Assembly: GCF_036321535.1 (NCBI RefSeq)
Contig: NC_087437.1
Location: 121,086,001 to 121,150,000, forward strand
From: Camelus dromedarius
Lineage: Eukaryota
Reading direction: 5' to 3'
Length of the DNA stretch: 64,000 nt
How positions within the stretch are numbered: the first letter of the stretch is position 1; every line of letters begins with the position of its first letter. Positions 60,283 to 64,000 of this stretch are shown here, piece after piece. The notes under the pieces were generated by a model that worked only from the letters and a program-made list of their open reading frames with translations, was not told the DNA's origin and ran no database searches. A program made the translations under genes and the position numbers.

Positions 60283-60289
60283 TATAAAA
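60283..60289 (+). promoter_or_regulatory. TATA box (TATAAAA) of KRTAP10 copy 6
   Basis: GGGGTATAAAAG about 85 nt upstream of the ATG. Confidence 0.8.
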
Positions 60290-60370
60290 GCCCGCATGCC
60301 CAGAGCACCTCACCCACCCACTCACCACTCACAGCCCCATCCAGCTCACCTCCTGGCACAAAGCCCCACC

Positions 60371-61012
60371 ATGGCTGACGCCTGCTGCTCCAGGACTTAT
60401 GTTATCTCTGCATCCACCCTGTCTGTCTGTTCCAGTGACCCGAACTGTGGCAGCTGCGTCTGCTCACCCACTGCCTGCACCGGCTTCTCCCGGCAGGTGG
60501 ACGATTGCCAGGAGAGCTACTGCGAGCCCCCCTGCTGCGCCCTGGCCCCCTGCCTGAGCCTCCTCTGCGCCCCAGCGAGCTGTGAGCCCTGCCCCTGCCC
60601 ATCTGCCTGCACCAGCTCCTGCACGGCCTTGTGCTGCCCGCAGTCTAGCTGCCAGCCCTCCTGCTGCACCTCCTCCCCCTGCCAGCAGGACTGCTGTGAG
60701 CCTGTCTGCTGCAGGCCCGTGTGCTGCAGGCCCGTCTGCTGCAGGCCCGTGTGCTGTGAGCCCACCCCCTGCCCCTCGTCCTGCTGCAGACCCTCCTCCT
60801 GTGTGTCCCTGCTCTGCCGCCCCGTGTGCAGACCCGCCTGCTGTGCCCCCGCCCCCTCCTGCCAGCCCAGCTGCTGCCGCCTGGCCTCCTGCGTGTCCCT
60901 GCTCTGCCGCCCCATGTGCAGACCCGCCTGCTGTGCCCCTGTCCCCTCCTGCCAGCCCAGCTGCTGCCGCCCGGCCTCCTGCGTATCCCTGCTCCACCTG
61001 CTGCGTCCCTGA
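60371..61012 (+). CDS. KRTAP10: Keratin-associated protein 10 family, copy 6, KRTAP10-8-like (213 aa; frameshifted last 5 residues)
   Basis: N-terminus MADACCSRTYVISASTLSVCSSD resembles human KRTAP10-8 as I recall it. Body is near-identical to the other copies. A 23-nt deletion at 60994/60995 gives the terminus LHLLRP*. Confidence 0.88.
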   Translation: MADACCSRTYVISASTLSVCSSDPNCGSCVCSPTACTGFSRQVDDCQESYCEPPCCALAPCLSLLCAPASCEPCPCPSACTSSCTALCCPQSSCQPSCCTSSPCQQDCCEPVCCRPVCCRPVCCRPVCCEPTPCPSSCCRPSSCVSLLCRPVCRPACCAPAPSCQPSCCRLASCVSLLCRPMCRPACCAPVPSCQPSCCRPASCVSLLHLLRP

Positions 61013-61358
61013 CTCAGCCTAGAAGTCCTGCTGCTGACCGGGCCCATCCCCCCAGGGCCAGCCGGGCTCCAGGGATCCCCCTCCCCGCCAGTGCCTTAAA
61101 GCTCCTGACCTCCTGGCGTCCTCAGCCCATCCTACCCAGGTCTTGCTCAGCACAGAGGAAAGACCAGCCCCCACATCCCCCAGCCCAGACGTGGGGGCCA
61201 ACAGGCTCACAGAGCCCCCTTCTTGACCGTGGCCCACAGGAGCCCGGGCTGCTCCACATCTGCTTCCTCGCTCTGGACCACGGCCCTCGCTGGTCACACT
61301 GGGCCCTGCCTGACCCGGGTCCCACCCCGGGCAGTGTTACTCTCCATGTCTGAGCTCA

Positions 61359-61364
61359 AATAAA
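61359..61364 (+). terminator. AATAAA poly(A) signal of KRTAP10 copy 6
   Basis: About 345 nt after the stop. Confidence 0.7.
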
Positions 61365-62269
61365 AACTCTGCTCCCCTCACTAGTTCTTCATGCTGATGG
61401 GGTGGGGGTGCGGGAGTGAGGCCTGAGCGCCCTTTACGTCACCAGCCTTGGGGGACTTGGGTGCTGCTTGCACACGACCCCTGGAAGCTCCTGTCCACCT
61501 CTTTGTTCTGCCATCTGGCCGTCACTCCAGGGCCTGCAGGGCTCCAGAAGACTGTTCTCGGGCAAGTCCTGTGGGCACCTACTGGGTTCAGATCAAACCC
61601 CCGTCAACTGCCCGTGGCAGAGGCAGCTCCTTCCCGGGGCACAGGTGCGGCTGTGCCGGGGGACACCTGGCCAGGACCCAGCAGTGCTGGGGTGGGGACC
61701 AGGGGAGACCTCAGCAATTGGCTTGCCCCACGTCCAGACAGTCCTTGCAGATGGCCGGGCATCCTGGACTCCCGCACACATTCCCCGACGCTGAGGTGCC
61801 TGGTCCTCCAGCACGTGCCGGCTGCGGGGAGGCAAAGGCAGAGGAGATGCGGCCCCCGGCCTCCCCTGCTGGGCTGGGCTGGTGGCAAGCAGGTGGGAGA
61901 GGGCGCCCCCAGGCGGCAGGGTGGACAAAGCCGAGAAGGGTGTGGGAACATGTTCAGACAGGAGACACGGGAACACAGCTGTTCGATGTAGCCAGGTGCA
62001 GTGTTGCACACTCTGACCAAATCCGAGAGCAGATCCTGGAACTGGGACTGCTGAGCAGAGGGTGCAGCCCGTGGGAATGTGCTGATCGCCACAGCACCCA
62101 CAAGAGGTTCTGGTCCCCTTAACAGCAGTGTAAGTTCACAACAGAGGGGCACACGGTTTTCTATCTTTGACAATTTGATAAACAAAAACCTCATCCTGGT
62201 TTCTTTTGCCTAGAGCATCCCAAAGTGTGGAGCCACCAGTACTGAGTTATTTACCCCAGTGAACAAGCA

Positions 62270-62470
62270 TTCCAGGTCTCCTTTCTGACCATCACAAACA
62301 CCGCCGCTGCGAGGGTCCTCACCACGCACCTGTGTGCACTAGTGTACGTTCTCACGGTGCCTAAATTTCTAGACATGGGATTTCCAGGCCAGAATATTTG
62401 CCAATTTTAAATTCTGGAGGATACTGATAAATGCCCTCAAAAGGACTTTTCAAAATTGTGCCTGCTAAGA
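62270..62470 (-). mobile_element. Old L1 (L1ME-like) fragment, minus orientation
   Basis: tgtgtgcactagtgtacgttctc...ctagacatgggattt...gatactgataaatgccctcaaaagg. Confidence 0.45.
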
Positions 62471-63199
62471 ATGATGTCAGGAAAGCGAGGGAACAGGGAG
62501 CTCTAAGGGGCCACCCTGCTCCCCACAGAAACACTGAAGAAACTGGCGAGGCTCCTGCAGTCAACCTCATCTGAACTCTGGACATGGTCAGAGGTTGACA
62601 ACAGCCAAGAGGATGCCTCATCCAGGAAAGAGCAAGTGCATCCCGGCACGAGCCAGTGCGGCAGGAGCTCTGCAGCATTTCGGTGATGCTCGCCCCCACC
62701 CCATCCCCCCACCCTGGTCCCCAGCTCAGTAGCAGTCTTGAAGATGGCAGCCTGTGTCCGGGTGAGGTTTCTGGCACTGGAGGGAACAGAGTGGACCTTG
62801 TTCTGAAAGAAGTGTGGTTGTCCTGACCTGCTGGTGGCTTCTAGAAGGATTCACACTAAGGGCTTGTCTTCATTTCTTGTAAGTCAGAACTCTCTGAAGG
62901 CAGAGAGGCAAATACACGGAGGATGTTTGTCAAATCCACCAGTCATTGCTCCTCAGAAAGATATCAGTTGTGGCCAACAGAAGACACAATGCTGGGACGT
63001 GAGATGCTTTGAGGAGCAGGGCTTTCAAATCTTCCACAGATTCCTGGGCGTCTAGGAGACCTCGTGCATACTCATGAGGGGGCATGTGCTCCAGAAGGAT
63101 CTGAGAAGTCCCTACACACTCACCTCCGGCTCCACTTCCAGGTCTGAGCCAGCAGGAAGTGGAGGTGAAGGCAGAGTTGGAAAGTACTTAGCTGAGGGT

Positions 63200-64000
63200 T
63201 GAAGGCGTTCCTTGACACACACACAGCCCAGCGACAAAGACTGGAAAAAATGTTTTTTGGCTCCAGTGTTTAAGGAACTCTGTCAGATCACTATCTGACC
63301 ACTAAGCTAATGCAACAGTGACCACACATGACAAAGACTACAGTCATTACAAAACTAGTTTAGAAGAATCGGCGAATAAAACAACAACAACAACGTGCCA
63401 CAACAATCAGCAACAACCAGCTACAGGGAAGGGGGAAAGCCGGATGTCCAAAGTCGCCACACTCTCTCAGTGCACTTGATTAAAGGGAAGCACAAGGAAA
63501 GAACTATGGGAAACTGAGAGAATGATATCTCACCAAATGAAGAATATCAACAAAGAGAGAGAAACTTTGTTTTTTTAAAAAAGGACCAAAAAGAATGTCT
63601 GGAGCTGAAAACTTCAGTGGAGGGGCTCAATAGCACATTTGAGGAGTCAGGAGAAAGATAGTAAATGTGAAGATAGGTCAGTTGAAAGACTCCAGTCTGA
63701 CATTGTATCAGAAAGAACAAAATACCTAGGAATAAACCTACCTAAGGAGGTAACTGTATTGTGAAAACTGTAAGACACTGATGAGAGAAATTGAAGACAA
63801 CACAAGCAGATGGGAGACACACGGCACTCGAATTGGAAGGCTCAGTACTGTTAAAATGGCCGTACTACCCACGGCAACCTAGAGTCAATGCAGTCCCTAC
63901 CAAATTGCCAATGACATTTTTCACAGGACTAGAATAAAAATTTTTTGATCTGTATGGAAGCACAAAAGACCCCAAATAGCAAAATCAACCTTAAGAAAGA
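63200..64000 (+). mobile_element. L1 fragments, including an ORF2 RT region running off the window end
   Basis: aaaatacctaggaataaacctacctaaggagg...aaattgaagacaacaca...caatgacatttttcacag...caaaagaccccaaatagc. Confidence 0.85.

Noticed and set aside
18900-61047. Long Gln/His/Thr/Gly-rich ORFs (QHTGLQ repeats) antisense to each KRTAP10, and Ala/Pro-rich ORFs in shifted frames
   Set aside because: These are shadow frames of Cys codons and 15-bp periodicity. They have no promoter, Kozak or poly(A) support of their own.

Overview
Mammalian genomic DNA, GC-rich and probably camelid (four tRNA-derived SINEs carry the AATTACCTCCCC-type tail I associate with camel/alpaca). The window holds the middle of TSPEAR on the minus strand. 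Eight coding exons (2-9 by human numbering, 30446 down to 7768, 1484 nt) splice into one uninterrupted frame encoding the laminin-G/TSPN domain and the first EAR repeats. Exon 1 and exons 10-12 are outside the window. Six single-exon, ultra-high-sulfur KRTAP10 hair-keratin-associated genes are nested in its introns: two in intron 2 (both minus) and four in intron 1 (+,-,+,+). Each has a TATA box and a Kozak ATG, and five have AATAAA. The rest is fossil L1/HAL1/L2/MIR, MaLR/ERV LTRs, hAT MITEs, SINEs and one 174-nt N gap. The nested TSPEAR/KRTAP10 arrangement is known from human, and I found no wholly new gene system. The most interesting signals are as follows. (i) The six KRTAP10 coding regions are homogenised to about 97% identity inside divergent flanks. 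(ii) Five copies share a TAG at the position of the Gln in the usual QKSSC terminus, with the fossil K-S-C-C-stop tail still in frame behind it. (iii) Copy number varies at two tiers, 15-bp and 90-bp modules. (iv) The last copy is a chimeric KRTAP10-8-like gene with a 23-nt frameshifting deletion. (v) TSPEAR exon 7 lies between a GAG acceptor and a GC donor. (vi) L1 fossils are strongly GC-shifted into CpG-island-like patches. (vii) A palindromic MER53-type MITE carries a miR-1302-like arm. Repeat family names, consensus sequences and human orthologue comparisons are from memory, not from a search, and repeat boundaries are approximate.
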